Assembly (NCBI GenBank): GCA_049320885.1
Contig: JBMORA010000001.1
Location: 32,001 to 96,000 of the forward strand
Direction: 5' to 3'
Source: Thermodesulfobacteriota bacterium
Lineage (GTDB): Bacteria > Desulfobacterota > Desulfobacteria > Desulfobacterales > SURF-7
DNA length: 64,000 nt
Of this stretch, positions 38,514-48,908 are shown piece after piece (the first letter of the stretch is position 1; every line of letters begins with the position of its first letter). The notes under the pieces were generated by a model. That model made no database searches. It was given only the letters and a program-made list of their open reading frames with translations, and had not been told where the DNA came from. A program made the translations under genes and the position numbers.

Positions 38514-40451
38514 ATGAAAAACAAATCGTTCCTTTCAATTGTGCATTTCTGGGGCCTGATCTGCGGCCTGCTGGTGAGCGGCTGCATCCATGCACAAAGC
38601 CCGGAGGAACCCCGGGTGACCGGCCCGGCGGCAAACGGAGGCTCCGGGAACAGTTATTATTTTTACACCACATCTCAATTGCAGAAAAATAACGGGAATT
38701 TGACCCAGGCCCTGGCGGATCTGCAGACCGCCATCCGGCTGGATCCCGAATCCCTTTTCCTGAAAAAAGAACTCGCCCTGATTTATCTCCAGCAGGGTAA
38801 TACCGATGAAGCCCTGCCGATTGTGCAGGAAATCCTGAAAAAGAATCCGGACCATGCCGATGCGCTGATCATGATGGGCAGCATCGAGCAGAACCGCCAG
38901 AACAACCGGGCCGCGCAGGAAGCCTATGAAAAGGTTCTTGCGGTCGATCCGAAACAGAAAAGCATCTACCTGGTCCTCGGCACCATGTACATGGAGGAGA
39001 ACCGTCTCGACCAGGCCCGGACGGTTTTCGAAAAACTGGTGACCGCCTTTCCGGACGCCTATTTCGGCTATTTTTTCCTCGGAAAAATCCACAAGGACCA
39101 GGGGCGGATTCCGGAAGCCGAAAAAAATTTCCTGAGAACACTGGAGTTGGAGCCCAAACTGCTGGAGCCGCGTTTCGAATTGATCGAAATGTATGAGAAG
39201 GAAGTTTTTTCCCATATCAAGGCGGCTGATTTCGACATCATCGATATTCAACCAGGCGATACCATTCGGCAAATCGCCCAGAAGCGGTACCGCCATTTCA
39301 CTCCCCTGATTGAATCGGCGGTGATGACCGTCAACCCGACGCTGGTATCCCTGGACGCCATGCCCGTCGGCTTCCGGCTCCGCCTGCCCAAGGCCCGACT
39401 CATCGAGGAGAAAGCCGATCAGGTAGAAAAAATAAGCAAAATCAGCAATATGTATCAGGGAATTCTGGAGGCTGCTCCGGAAAACGACCGGGCAGCCATC
39501 GAATTCGGACTGTTTTACACAAAAATCGGCCTCACCGAGGAAGCGGAGGATTTCTTCAAACAAATCGCCGAAAAAAGCCTTACGGACCAAAGCATCGCCG
39601 ACAATATCGTTTTTCTGTTCTTTGACCAGAAAAAATACAGCGACGCCATTGTCGTGCTGACGGGCATGTTACAGGCCGCGCCGCAGAGTTCCGATCTGAA
39701 TTATCTAACCGGCGCCGCCTATAACCATATGGAAAAATATCATGAAGCCATCGGTTATTTCCAAAAGGTGAAGGCCGACTCCCGGTTCTATGAAAACGCC
39801 GTGATTTATATCGCCTATATCTATCAAGCCCAGAAAAAAAACCAGGAAGCCATCGATCATCTGCGGCAGGCTATCCAGCAATCTCCCATGAGAACGGAAT
39901 TTTATCTCTACCTGGGAGCTTTTTACGAAGAATCGGAGCAGTACGATCAGTCGGAATCGATCCTGAAAGCGGGTCTCGACGTGAATCCCAACAATACCCG
40001 GCTGCTCTTCCGTCTTGGAGTCGTTTATCACAAGTGTAATAAAAAAGACGACTCCATCGCCCAGATGGAAAAAGTCGTCCAGCTGGATCCGGAGGACGCC
40101 CATGCCCTGAATTATCTCGGGTACACCTACCTGGAGCTGAATCGCAAGCTGGATCAGGCGGAAAATTTGATCCGCAAGGCGCTCGAACTCCTGCCGGACG
40201 ACGGCTATATCACCGACAGCCTGGGATGGCTCTACTTTAAGCGCGGTGAATATGAAAAGGCCGTCGAGATCCTGAGGAAAGCGGCAGACCTGGTGCCGGA
40301 TGACCCCATCATACTGGAGCATCTGGGAGATGCCTATTTAAAAACAGAAAACCCGGAGAAAGCGCTGAAATCCTATCAACAGGCGCTATCCTCCTCCAAG
40401 AAAAAGGATGCCGCCAAACTTGAGACAAAGATTCAGGCTCTGTCCCGCTGA
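38514..40451 (+). CDS. TPR-repeat lipoprotein with an inserted LysM-like domain
   Basis: Lipobox LVSGC; many TPRs (ALNYLGY, ITDSLGW, ILEHLGD); internal IQPGDTIRQIA...VNP...VGFRLRLP. Confidence 0.85.
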   Translation: MKNKSFLSIVHFWGLICGLLVSGCIHAQSPEEPRVTGPAANGGSGNSYYFYTTSQLQKNNGNLTQALADLQTAIRLDPESLFLKKELALIYLQQGNTDEALPIVQEILKKNPDHADALIMMGSIEQNRQNNRAAQEAYEKVLAVDPKQKSIYLVLGTMYMEENRLDQARTVFEKLVTAFPDAYFGYFFLGKIHKDQGRIPEAEKNFLRTLELEPKLLEPRFELIEMYEKEVFSHIKAADFDIIDIQPGDTIRQIAQKRYRHFTPLIESAVMTVNPTLVSLDAMPVGFRLRLPKARLIEEKADQVEKISKISNMYQGILEAAPENDRAAIEFGLFYTKIGLTEEAEDFFKQIAEKSLTDQSIADNIVFLFFDQKKYSDAIVVLTGMLQAAPQSSDLNYLTGAAYNHMEKYHEAIGYFQKVKADSRFYENAVIYIAYIYQAQKKNQEAIDHLRQAIQQSPMRTEFYLYLGAFYEESEQYDQSESILKAGLDVNPNNTRLLFRLGVVYHKCNKKDDSIAQMEKVVQLDPEDAHALNYLGYTYLELNRKLDQAENLIRKALELLPDDGYITDSLGWLYFKRGEYEKAVEILRKAADLVPDDPIILEHLGDAYLKTENPEKALKSYQQALSSSKKKDAAKLETKIQALSR

Positions 40452-41244
40452 ACGGGACCGGCAGCCCTTATCCCCCCTGCTTCCATGGATATGCCTTCTT
40501 CTTGCAACGGCGACGGCCGCCGGATGCGCCACCCTTGCCCGAAGAGTCGCCGCCCCGGTGGAAGCCGAAACCGGCGCCGCCGACCTGTTGCGGCAACTTA
40601 CGGAGCACAACAAGGGGCTGACAACGTTCAAAGGCATCGGCCGGATGAAATGGAATTACCAGGGATCAAGCCAGCACGCCCGTATCGCCTGGCTCGGGGA
40701 AACGCCGAAAAAACTCCGCCTGGAAATTCTGGACCTGACCGGAAGGCCGGCCCTGTCGGTGGCCTGCGACGGCGACCGATTGTATTTTTTCTCCCACCCG
40801 GACAAGCGTTTTGAAACAACGAGCGCCGACGACGCCGATGCGGATCTGGAGGCCTTGATATCCATCGCCATTCCCATCCGGGATATCATTCAGCTGCTCA
40901 CCGGCCGGGCCCCGCTTCCGGAAAACCCCATGGATGCGGCCATCACGCCGGATTCAACGGATGACCCCGCTCTGATCCTGGATTCCGGCTGGTTCAATGG
41001 ACACCGCAGGCTATACCTCCGCCCGGACCGGTTGTCCCTTGCCGCCTGCGACGTATTCACCCCTCTCGGCGCCCTCGCCTACCGGGTCGATTTCGAAGGC
41101 TGCCTAACGGTCCGCGAATTCTCGGTTCCCCGCCGGATCACGATTTCCGGCGGGAACGGAGCTGTCTTCACGCTCCACATGGAACGGTACTGGGCCAACA
41201 TATCTGTTCCGCCCGATGCGTTTACCCTTGACCCTCCGGAATGA
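40408..41244 (+). CDS. Putative outer-membrane lipoprotein (LolB/DUF4292-like); start uncertain
   Basis: Lipobox AAGC, beta-rich body (KKLRLEILDLTGRP), located after the TPR gene. Confidence 0.6.
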   Translation: MPPNLRQRFRLCPAERDRQPLSPLLPWICLLLATATAAGCATLARRVAAPVEAETGAADLLRQLTEHNKGLTTFKGIGRMKWNYQGSSQHARIAWLGETPKKLRLEILDLTGRPALSVACDGDRLYFFSHPDKRFETTSADDADADLEALISIAIPIRDIIQLLTGRAPLPENPMDAAITPDSTDDPALILDSGWFNGHRRLYLRPDRLSLAACDVFTPLGALAYRVDFEGCLTVREFSVPRRITISGGNGAVFTLHMERYWANISVPPDAFTLDPPE

Positions 41245-41250
41245 CGGCAA

Positions 41251-42441
41251 ATGATCCCCTTTCCTTCATCAGACGAATTTTCTTTCCGGCTCGGCGAACT
41301 GAAAAAAGCGCTGGATAGCCGTGAAAACGATATTCTCAGCCCCATGGCCGCCCGGAGCAACCGGAGCAGCCGGCGCCGGACGGAGAACCGTCTTGCGTCA
41401 AGCTACCGGCAGGATTACGCCGTGGACGGCGACCGGATTCTCCATTCCCTGGCGTACACCCGCTATATCGACAAGACCCAGGTTTTTTATCTCGTGCGCA
41501 ACGATCATATCACCCATCGTGTGCTCCATGTTCAACTGGTTTCCAAGGTGGCCCGCACCATCGGACGCTTTCTGGGTCTCAACGAGGATCTGATGGAAGC
41601 CATCGCCCTCGGTCATGACATCGGCCATCCTCCTTTCGGCCATGAGGGTGAAAATTTCCTTTCCCGGCTGTGTCTGCGGGAAGGAATCGGACACTTCCAC
41701 CACAATGTGCAAAGCGTGCGCTTCATGGAAAGCGTGGAACGCAAGGGTCTCGGCTGGAATTTATGCCTCCAGACCCTGGACGGCATCCTGTGCCACGACG
41801 GCGAAACCCACAACCGCCGCCTGGAGCCCCAATGGGACAAAACGTTTGCCACCCTGGATCAGGAGATGGCAGCCAAGACAACCCAAACGGGCGTCGCTCT
41901 CCGACCCATGACCCTGGAGGGTTGCGTGGTCCGCATGGCCGACACCATCAGCTATATCGGACGCGATATCGAAGACGCCATCCGGCTGGGACTGATCACC
42001 CGCAAGGACCTGCCGGGGGAATCGGTTCAAATTCTGGGCGACACCAACGGCACCATTGTGTACCAGCTGGTGACCGACGTGATCGCCAACAGTGTCGAGC
42101 AGCCCTACCTGGCATTCAGTCCTGAAGTCTCCCATGCGCTGAAAACGTTAAAAAAATTCAACTACGATCGAATTTACCTGAATCCCAAAATCAAGCGGGC
42201 ATCCGACACCATCGGCCGATTGTATGAATACCTTTTCGATTCCTATCTTGAAGACATCCGGAAGGAGAATCTCTCCTCGGTGATCTACACTCATTTTCTG
42301 GAAAGCATGTCCTCGGCCTATCTGGAAAACCGTCTTCCCGCCGAAATTGTTCGCGACTTCATCGCTGGAATGACCGACGGGTATTTCCTGGCCCAGTGTC
42401 CGGAATCCATGCGGCCCACCATTCTGGAAAACTGTTACTAA
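41251..42441 (+). CDS. HD-domain dNTP triphosphohydrolase (dGTPase-like)
   Basis: DRILHS, DKTQVF, THRVLH, GHDIGHPPFGHEGE and RDFIAGMTD motifs. Confidence 0.88.
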   Translation: MIPFPSSDEFSFRLGELKKALDSRENDILSPMAARSNRSSRRRTENRLASSYRQDYAVDGDRILHSLAYTRYIDKTQVFYLVRNDHITHRVLHVQLVSKVARTIGRFLGLNEDLMEAIALGHDIGHPPFGHEGENFLSRLCLREGIGHFHHNVQSVRFMESVERKGLGWNLCLQTLDGILCHDGETHNRRLEPQWDKTFATLDQEMAAKTTQTGVALRPMTLEGCVVRMADTISYIGRDIEDAIRLGLITRKDLPGESVQILGDTNGTIVYQLVTDVIANSVEQPYLAFSPEVSHALKTLKKFNYDRIYLNPKIKRASDTIGRLYEYLFDSYLEDIRKENLSSVIYTHFLESMSSAYLENRLPAEIVRDFIAGMTDGYFLAQCPESMRPTILENCY

Positions 42442-42447
42442 ACCGGC

Positions 42448-43212
42448 ATGCCGATATCACCCCCCATCCCCATGGCCGCCGCCGGCATGAAACATCGGGA
42501 GCGGACCTACCGCGATACCATGCGGCATCCGCATCTGGTCGGATTTCAGGTGACCGTCAAGGAAACGGACCTCCACATTCAGGCCGAAAGGCAGCTTACC
42601 GATATCACCCGCGAACTGGTCATGGAATATCGGGGCTACATCGAGGCGTATATTCAACAACACCCGGATTTCGTCCGGGCCATGACCCCCTGGCTTCATC
42701 CTTCCCCTGCTCCGCGGATCATTCAGGCAATGGCAACCGCCGCCGGAAAGGCCGGAGTCGGCCCCATGGCCGCCGTGGCCGGCGCCATTGCCGAAAGCGT
42801 GGGCGCCGACCTGCTGGCGCATTCATCGGAAATAATCGTCGAAAACGGCGGAGATATCTTCATCAGGCTCAACAGCCCGGCCCTTATCGGTATTTATGCC
42901 GGCTCATCGCCGCTGAGCATGAAAATCGGCATCCGTCTCGCGGCGCGCCCGGATCCGGTTGGCATCTGCACTTCCTCGGGAACGGTGGGGCATTCCATCA
43001 GCTTCGGCTCCGCCGACGCGGTTTGCGTGATTTCGCCGTCCTGCGCGCTTGCCGATGCTGCGGCCACGGCTGTCGGCAACCGCGTGTGCAAGCCCTCCGA
43101 CATCGGGCCGGCGATCCAGTGGGGACAACGGATTCAAGGCGTGGACGGTATCGTCATCATCAAAAAAGATAAGATCGGCGCCTGGGGGGAAATCGAAGTG
43201 GTGCCTCTTTGA
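42448..43212 (+). CDS. UPF0280 / ApbE-like protein
   Basis: VGPMAAVAGAIAE, ENGGDI, CTSSGTVGHSISFG and LADAAATA motifs. Confidence 0.88.
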   Translation: MPISPPIPMAAAGMKHRERTYRDTMRHPHLVGFQVTVKETDLHIQAERQLTDITRELVMEYRGYIEAYIQQHPDFVRAMTPWLHPSPAPRIIQAMATAAGKAGVGPMAAVAGAIAESVGADLLAHSSEIIVENGGDIFIRLNSPALIGIYAGSSPLSMKIGIRLAARPDPVGICTSSGTVGHSISFGSADAVCVISPSCALADAAATAVGNRVCKPSDIGPAIQWGQRIQGVDGIVIIKKDKIGAWGEIEVVPL

Positions 43213-43325
43213 AACCCGCGGAGTCGCATGCCCGAGCGTTTGAAATTGATTTTCCTGACCGGAATCAGTATGCTGAATCCAGTTGTGAATCCGGATGAAT
43301 ACCGAGACCCGAAAGGAGGAACCCG

Positions 43326-43667
43326 ATGAAAGCCGTCAAAATAACCCTGCTGGCGATCCTGTTGCTGTTTCTATTGGTAGCGGCCTATCAGAATCGTGAA
43401 TTCCTGCTGGAAACCGAAAACCTGACCATTGAACTGTTCGCCTTTCGATACGAATCGCCGAAACTGCCCATCGGGATGATGTTCTCCGTCTGTTTCCTGG
43501 CGGGGATGCTGCTCGCTTATTTTTTCACCCTGCTGTCGCAATATCAGGCCAGCTGCGCCATCAAATCCCTGGATCGCATCCGGAACGAGCAGACGAAAAC
43601 CATCGCCAACCTCGAATCCCGTCTGGCCGCTTTGCAGACCGACCCGCCGGCGGTAAAAGACCGGTGA
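43326..43667 (+). CDS. LapA (DUF1049)-like small membrane protein
   Basis: TM-QN-beta-TM-coiled coil pattern; AGGAGG RBS. Confidence 0.7.
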   Translation: MKAVKITLLAILLLFLLVAAYQNREFLLETENLTIELFAFRYESPKLPIGMMFSVCFLAGMLLAYFFTLLSQYQASCAIKSLDRIRNEQTKTIANLESRLAALQTDPPAVKDR

Positions 43668-43737
43668 AAACCGGCAAGTCGGGAAATCCGCCGCCTTCCA
43701 GGGCGCTCTCTTGTGCTCGGCCCGCGGCGCGTCCGAT

Positions 43738-44151
43738 CTACGGTTGCCCCTTGGACGCCGCCGTCGTTTCGTTCTGCTGCAGATACAGTTTCGCCCGCTT
43801 GTCGATGTTGACGAGCTGACGGATATAATCATCCGGGTATTCCCTGGCCGCGTTTCTTTTGATCATGATCATTTCCTGGGAGGGAATCTTTTCGTTCGCG
43901 AACTCGATGACCTTGAAATAGGCCCTGGTCTGGGTGTCGATGGTGTTCTGACGTAATAAATCGTTGCCCGGATAGCGTTTCTCGGCATTGGCCTTGATCT
44001 TCGAGAACACATCCTCCGGCAGTTTCTGGGTGGGTAGCTTATAATGCGTTCCGGCTTTGACATATTCGGCCGCGGCTGTCGAAACATAGGCCGATACGGA
44101 TAGAAGCACCGCGACAAGCAGGGCCCATTTTTTTTTCTGAAACCGGTTCAT
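43738..44151 (-). CDS. Secreted hypothetical protein with a duplicated helical repeat
   Basis: Signal peptide, AAGGAG RBS; two repeats IKxNAxxxYPxxxxxxxxxIDxxxxxY. Confidence 0.65.
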   Translation of the reverse strand: MNRFQKKKWALLVAVLLSVSAYVSTAAAEYVKAGTHYKLPTQKLPEDVFSKIKANAEKRYPGNDLLRQNTIDTQTRAYFKVIEFANEKIPSQEMIMIKRNAAREYPDDYIRQLVNIDKRAKLYLQQNETTAASKGQP

Positions 44152-44437
44152 CTTTTTTTCTCCTTATTGGTTGTACCTGCCTGTTATGATGAGGGGGGAA
44201 TCCCTTATCAGACGTCCTGCGACACAATTTTCCATTCCATAGCACAGAAACCGGTCCATACTCAAGGTGGTTGCCGATTTCCTTCCGGAAGGCCGCAAAA
44301 CGCGGCCAGGGGGGCCGCCATATCCGGTATACCGTATCAGGTGTTGACAGATTATCGGGACATTGTATATTGTTTTACAATCGTTATGGGTATACCATAT
44401 ATGCCGGTACCAGGGTTCCAGGGCTGAAGAAGTTTAC

Positions 44438-47104
44438 ATGACGGAGATATCGAACGCTAAAATGACCCCCATGGTCCGCCAATACCTTGCCATCAAGGAA
44501 CAGTATGCGGACGCCATCCTCTTTTATCGCATGGGGGATTTTTATGAAATGTTTTTTGAAGATGCGGCCGTCGCCTCCGGCATTCTGGAAATCGCCCTCA
44601 CTTCCCGGAATAAAAATGATGATGAAGCCATACCCATGTGCGGCATCCCCGTGCGGGCGGCGAACGCCTATATCGGCCGGCTGATTGAACAGGGTCACAA
44701 GGTGGCCGTCTGCGAACAGACCGAAGATCCGAAAACGGCCAAGGGGCTGGTAAGACGCGAGGTGGTGCGGGTCATTACACCGGGAATGATCATCGACAAC
44801 GAATTCCTGGACGAGAAAACCAACAACTATATTCTGGCCGTCCACCGGGTGCGGCAAGCCGTCGGGCTTGCCTTCCTGGATGTTTCCACCGGTACCTTCC
44901 GGGTGGCGGAATCGGACAACATGGATGCCATCGTGGAAGAGGCCCTGCGGATCAATCCCAGGGAAATCCTCCTGCCGCAATCCTTTCGCGATGATGCCGA
45001 AGCAATGGCTCTGATGGGCGCCTTCCCGGATCATTTCAAGTCCTTCCCGGATGAAAAAAACTTTGCCCCGCACGCGGCCAAAAGGCTCCTGATGGATCAA
45101 TTCAACACCCGCAGCCTCGAGGGGTTCGGGTGTGAGAACGCCCTGGCCGCCATCGGGGCGGCCGGCGCCCTGCTGGCCTACGTGCAGGAAACCCAGAAGC
45201 AGAAAACCGGTCATATCCTCGGGCTTGAGACCTATTCCCTGGATCAGTATCTGCTCATCGACGAAACCAGCTGCCGCAATCTGGAATTGATGGGCAGCCT
45301 GCGCTCCGGTTCCCGCCGCGGGACCCTGCTGGAGATCCTGGATCAGACCCTCACCGCCATGGGAGGACGCCTGTTCAAGCAATGGCTGCGGTATCCCCTG
45401 CTGGATCCGGCGGCCATCCGCCTGCGTCTGTCGGCGGTGGCGGAAATCAAACAGCATGCCGATCTGCGCCATGGGTTGCGGGAACAGCTCCGCCAGGTCT
45501 TCGACCTGGAAAGACTCACCGGCAAAATCACCCTGGGACGCGCCAACGCCAGGGATCTGACGGCCCTGAAAACGTCCCTCTGGAAAATACCCGATATCCT
45601 GGCCAGCCTGGCAACCCTGTCGTCGGAACTGTTTGTCCTTTCCCTGCCGGCGGATCAACCGGATCCGCGCCATCTGCAGGAGCTGGCCGGGCTTATCGAC
45701 GCCGCCATCCGGGAAGACGCCCCCCCCACGATCCATGAAGGCGGCATCATCAAAACCGGTTACCATCCGGAGCTGGACGAACTCATCCAGATCAGCACCG
45801 ACGGCAAAAGCTGGCTCGCCAGGCTGGAAGCCGATGAAAAACGAAAAACCGGCATCGGCTCCCTCAAGGTGAAATACAACAAAGTCTTCGGTTATTATAT
45901 CGAGGTCCCCAGAAGCCAGACGGAATCGGTTCCAGCCCATTACGTGCGCAAACAGACCATCGCGAACGCCGAACGCTATGTCACGGAAGAACTGAAAACA
46001 TTCGAAACCAATGTTCTTGGGGCCCAGGAACGGATGGCGGCCCTGGAATACCGCCTGTTCAACGAAATCCGCGAGCGGGTGGTGGAAAACAACCACTGTA
46101 TCCTGAAAGTGGCGGCTTTCACGGCACAGCTGGACTGCCTGGCGAGCCTGGCGGAAATCGCGGATCAGAACGGTTATGTTCAGCCGGACATCAACCACGC
46201 CGGCGTCATCGACATCACCGACGGTCGCCACCCGGTGGTGGAAAAACTGATTTCCGGCGAACGCTATATTCCCAATTCCATCCGCCTGGACAACGATGAA
46301 AACCAGATTCTGGTGATTACCGGCCCGAACATGGCCGGAAAATCCACTGTTCTGCGCCAGACCGCCCTGATCGTGATCATGGCCCAAATGGGTGGTTTCG
46401 TCCCTGCCGCCAAGGCCTCCGTCTGCATTACGGACCGGATCTTCACCCGGGTGGGCGCCCTGGACAACCTGTCTTCGGGTCAAAGCACTTTCATGGTGGA
46501 GATGGAGGAGACGGCCAATATCATGAACAACGCCGGGGCCGACAGCCTGGTGATCATGGATGAAATCGGCCGGGGCACCAGTACCTTCGACGGGTTGAGC
46601 ATCGCCTGGGCCGTGGCCGAATACCTGCATGATCTGAAAGGCTGCGGCGTGAAAACCCTTTTTGCCACCCACTATCACGAGCTGACCGAACTGGCCCGTG
46701 CGAAACCAAGGGTCAAGAACTGCCATATCGCCGTCAGGGAATGGAACGACGAAATCATTTTTCTCCGGAAACTGACGCCGGGAAGCACCAACCGGAGCTA
46801 TGGCATTCAAGTGGCACGGCTGGCCGGACTCCCGGAATCCATTATCAAAAAGGCGAAAAAAGTGCTGGCGCGGATTGAAAACGGGGACTCGGTCCTGTCC
46901 CTCGCCGGGGATGGTTCCGGCGACGGGGATCGAGCCGGAAAAAATAAACATTCCAAAAAGCAGGTTCAGCTTCAGCTTTTTCGAAAACCGGAGGAAATCA
47001 TCGTTGACATTTTAAAGCAGCTGAATATCTCCGCCATGACGCCCATCGAAGCGATCAACCAGCTGAACGAACTGAAGCAGAAAGCGAATTCGGTTTTGAA
47101 TTAG
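44438..47104 (+). CDS. mutS: DNA mismatch repair protein MutS
   Basis: TPMVRQY, RMGDFYEMFFEDA, TGPNMAGKST, STFMVEM, DEIGRGTST, FATHYHEL, SYGIQVA. Confidence 0.97.
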   Translation: MTEISNAKMTPMVRQYLAIKEQYADAILFYRMGDFYEMFFEDAAVASGILEIALTSRNKNDDEAIPMCGIPVRAANAYIGRLIEQGHKVAVCEQTEDPKTAKGLVRREVVRVITPGMIIDNEFLDEKTNNYILAVHRVRQAVGLAFLDVSTGTFRVAESDNMDAIVEEALRINPREILLPQSFRDDAEAMALMGAFPDHFKSFPDEKNFAPHAAKRLLMDQFNTRSLEGFGCENALAAIGAAGALLAYVQETQKQKTGHILGLETYSLDQYLLIDETSCRNLELMGSLRSGSRRGTLLEILDQTLTAMGGRLFKQWLRYPLLDPAAIRLRLSAVAEIKQHADLRHGLREQLRQVFDLERLTGKITLGRANARDLTALKTSLWKIPDILASLATLSSELFVLSLPADQPDPRHLQELAGLIDAAIREDAPPTIHEGGIIKTGYHPELDELIQISTDGKSWLARLEADEKRKTGIGSLKVKYNKVFGYYIEVPRSQTESVPAHYVRKQTIANAERYVTEELKTFETNVLGAQERMAALEYRLFNEIRERVVENNHCILKVAAFTAQLDCLASLAEIADQNGYVQPDINHAGVIDITDGRHPVVEKLISGERYIPNSIRLDNDENQILVITGPNMAGKSTVLRQTALIVIMAQMGGFVPAAKASVCITDRIFTRVGALDNLSSGQSTFMVEMEETANIMNNAGADSLVIMDEIGRGTSTFDGLSIAWAVAEYLHDLKGCGVKTLFATHYHELTELARAKPRVKNCHIAVREWNDEIIFLRKLTPGSTNRSYGIQVARLAGLPESIIKKAKKVLARIENGDSVLSLAGDGSGDGDRAGKNKHSKKQVQLQLFRKPEEIIVDILKQLNISAMTPIEAINQLNELKQKANSVLN

Positions 47105-47109
47105 GGATA

Positions 47110-48834
47110 ATGAATACATCTACTCGAAATACCCTCATCACGGCTCTAATGCTGATTCTCTTTTTGCCGGTCATGCCGGCGGACGCGGGAGAAGCCGGCA
47201 AGGCGGAGTATCTCCGGGCCGAAAAATCCGCCAACCGTCTGTTGAGTGACGTCCGCAAACAGCAATACCGGCACAACTGGCTGGAATGCATCGACCAATA
47301 CAGAAAAGTGGTCGCAAAAGCCCCGGAAGGTCCCTGGGCCGCGGCCGGGATGTATCAGGTCGGCATGTTGTACCACGGCCTGTACCGGCGCTCCTACCTG
47401 AAAGCCGACCTGGAGGCGGCCGTCGACGCTTATGAAAAACTGATCCAGAGATATCCTGGCAGCAAATATCGCCGGCAGGCCCTGACGGAAATGCAGAAAA
47501 TCGGCGCCCCGGTCCCCCGCGCCGCCGTCGCCCGGCCACCCTATCACAAGAAACGCGCCCTGACGAAAAAGAAACCGCCGGCCGCCGCGCTGCCCGTAAA
47601 CGCTCCCGGTCCAGCCACCGCCGACCCGGCGCCCGGCAATCCTCCGCCCGAACCTGCTCCACCTCTCCCCGCAGCGGACAACCTGGTTACGGATCTCCGG
47701 TTCTGGTCAAACCCCAACTATACACGGGTTGTCGTCAGCACGGATCATGAAGTGCCCTATTCCCATCATCTGCTGAAAAAAGACCCGGCCCTGAACAAGC
47801 CCGAGCGTCTGTTCATCGATCTGAACCAAAGCAAGCTTTCCAAGGATCTGCGTCAGCTAGTGCCCATCGACGACAACCTTCTCGAGAACATCCGGGCCGG
47901 GCAATACACCCTGGATACGGTCAGGGTCGTCATCGACATCAAGTCCTTCGATAATTACAAGGTGTTTTCCCTGAACAACCCGTTTCGCATCGTCATCGAT
48001 GTCTGGGGCAAAGGCCATGCGCAGATGACGAGCGCACCTCCGCCGCCGCCGCCTTCCGCCGTTAAAACCGACAAGGGGAGGCCGGTCAGCGCCATCGCCC
48101 GGCAGCTGGCCCTGGGGGTACGACGGATCGTCATCGATCCGGGACACGGCGGAAAGGATTTCGGCGCACCCGGTTACCTCAAAGGCGTGCATGAAAAAGA
48201 AATCGTGCTGCAGATCGCCAAAAAACTGGCCGCCCGAATCAGGACCGAATTGAATTGCGAAGTCATTCTCACCCGCAGCAGCGACGTCTTTCTGACGTTG
48301 GAAGAACGCACGGCCCTGGCCAACACGCAAAACGCCGATCTCTTTATTTCCATGCACACCAATGCGTCGCGGGACAAACGCGCCTACGGAATCGAAACCT
48401 ATTTCCTGAACCTTGCCACCGATGAAGACGCCATCCGCGTGGCGGCGGCGGAAAACGCCACCTCCACCAAAAATATCAGCGATCTGCAGTCCATCCTCCA
48501 GGATCTGATGCAGAACGCCAAAATCAACGAATCCACGCGCCTGGCCTCCCGGGTCCAGGAATCCATGTGTGCGGGTCTGCGAAACAACTATCAGCAGATC
48601 AAGAACAAAGGGGTCAAGCAGGCGCCTTTTTATGTCCTTCTGGGCGCCCAGATGCCGGCCATCCTGGTCGAAACCGGTTTCATCAGCCACCCGCGGGAAT
48701 GCCGCTGGCTGATCGACCCCAGATACCAGGACCGGTTGTGTGATGCCATCGTCGCCGGCATCCGTCATTACATGCGGGAAACCAATCCCACCGCCTTCAT
48801 GGAACGCCGGCCGGCCGGCCGGTCCAAGGGATGA
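47110..48834 (+). CDS. N-acetylmuramoyl-L-alanine amidase (TPR-like N-terminus, AMIN, Amidase_3)
   Basis: Signal peptide, YTRVVV and RIVIDV AMIN motifs, IDPGHGG, FISMHTNA, PAILVETGF. Confidence 0.92.
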   Translation: MNTSTRNTLITALMLILFLPVMPADAGEAGKAEYLRAEKSANRLLSDVRKQQYRHNWLECIDQYRKVVAKAPEGPWAAAGMYQVGMLYHGLYRRSYLKADLEAAVDAYEKLIQRYPGSKYRRQALTEMQKIGAPVPRAAVARPPYHKKRALTKKKPPAAALPVNAPGPATADPAPGNPPPEPAPPLPAADNLVTDLRFWSNPNYTRVVVSTDHEVPYSHHLLKKDPALNKPERLFIDLNQSKLSKDLRQLVPIDDNLLENIRAGQYTLDTVRVVIDIKSFDNYKVFSLNNPFRIVIDVWGKGHAQMTSAPPPPPPSAVKTDKGRPVSAIARQLALGVRRIVIDPGHGGKDFGAPGYLKGVHEKEIVLQIAKKLAARIRTELNCEVILTRSSDVFLTLEERTALANTQNADLFISMHTNASRDKRAYGIETYFLNLATDEDAIRVAAAENATSTKNISDLQSILQDLMQNAKINESTRLASRVQESMCAGLRNNYQQIKNKGVKQAPFYVLLGAQMPAILVETGFISHPRECRWLIDPRYQDRLCDAIVAGIRHYMRETNPTAFMERRPAGRSKG

Positions 48835-48908
48835 TTCCAATATGGAAGGCCATGAGCCTCCCCGGGCCGCCGGCGTGAGTAGGCGGATTGCCGCGGTCCT
48901 GGATGGCG

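Noticed and set aside
44384..46951. 855-aa antisense ORF opposite mutS (similar ones lie opposite leuS 55044-57428, secD, the SDR and the aminotransferase/MMPL genes)
   Set aside because: These are shadow ORFs expected from GC-rich codon bias. They show no recognisable motifs and overlap well-supported genes.
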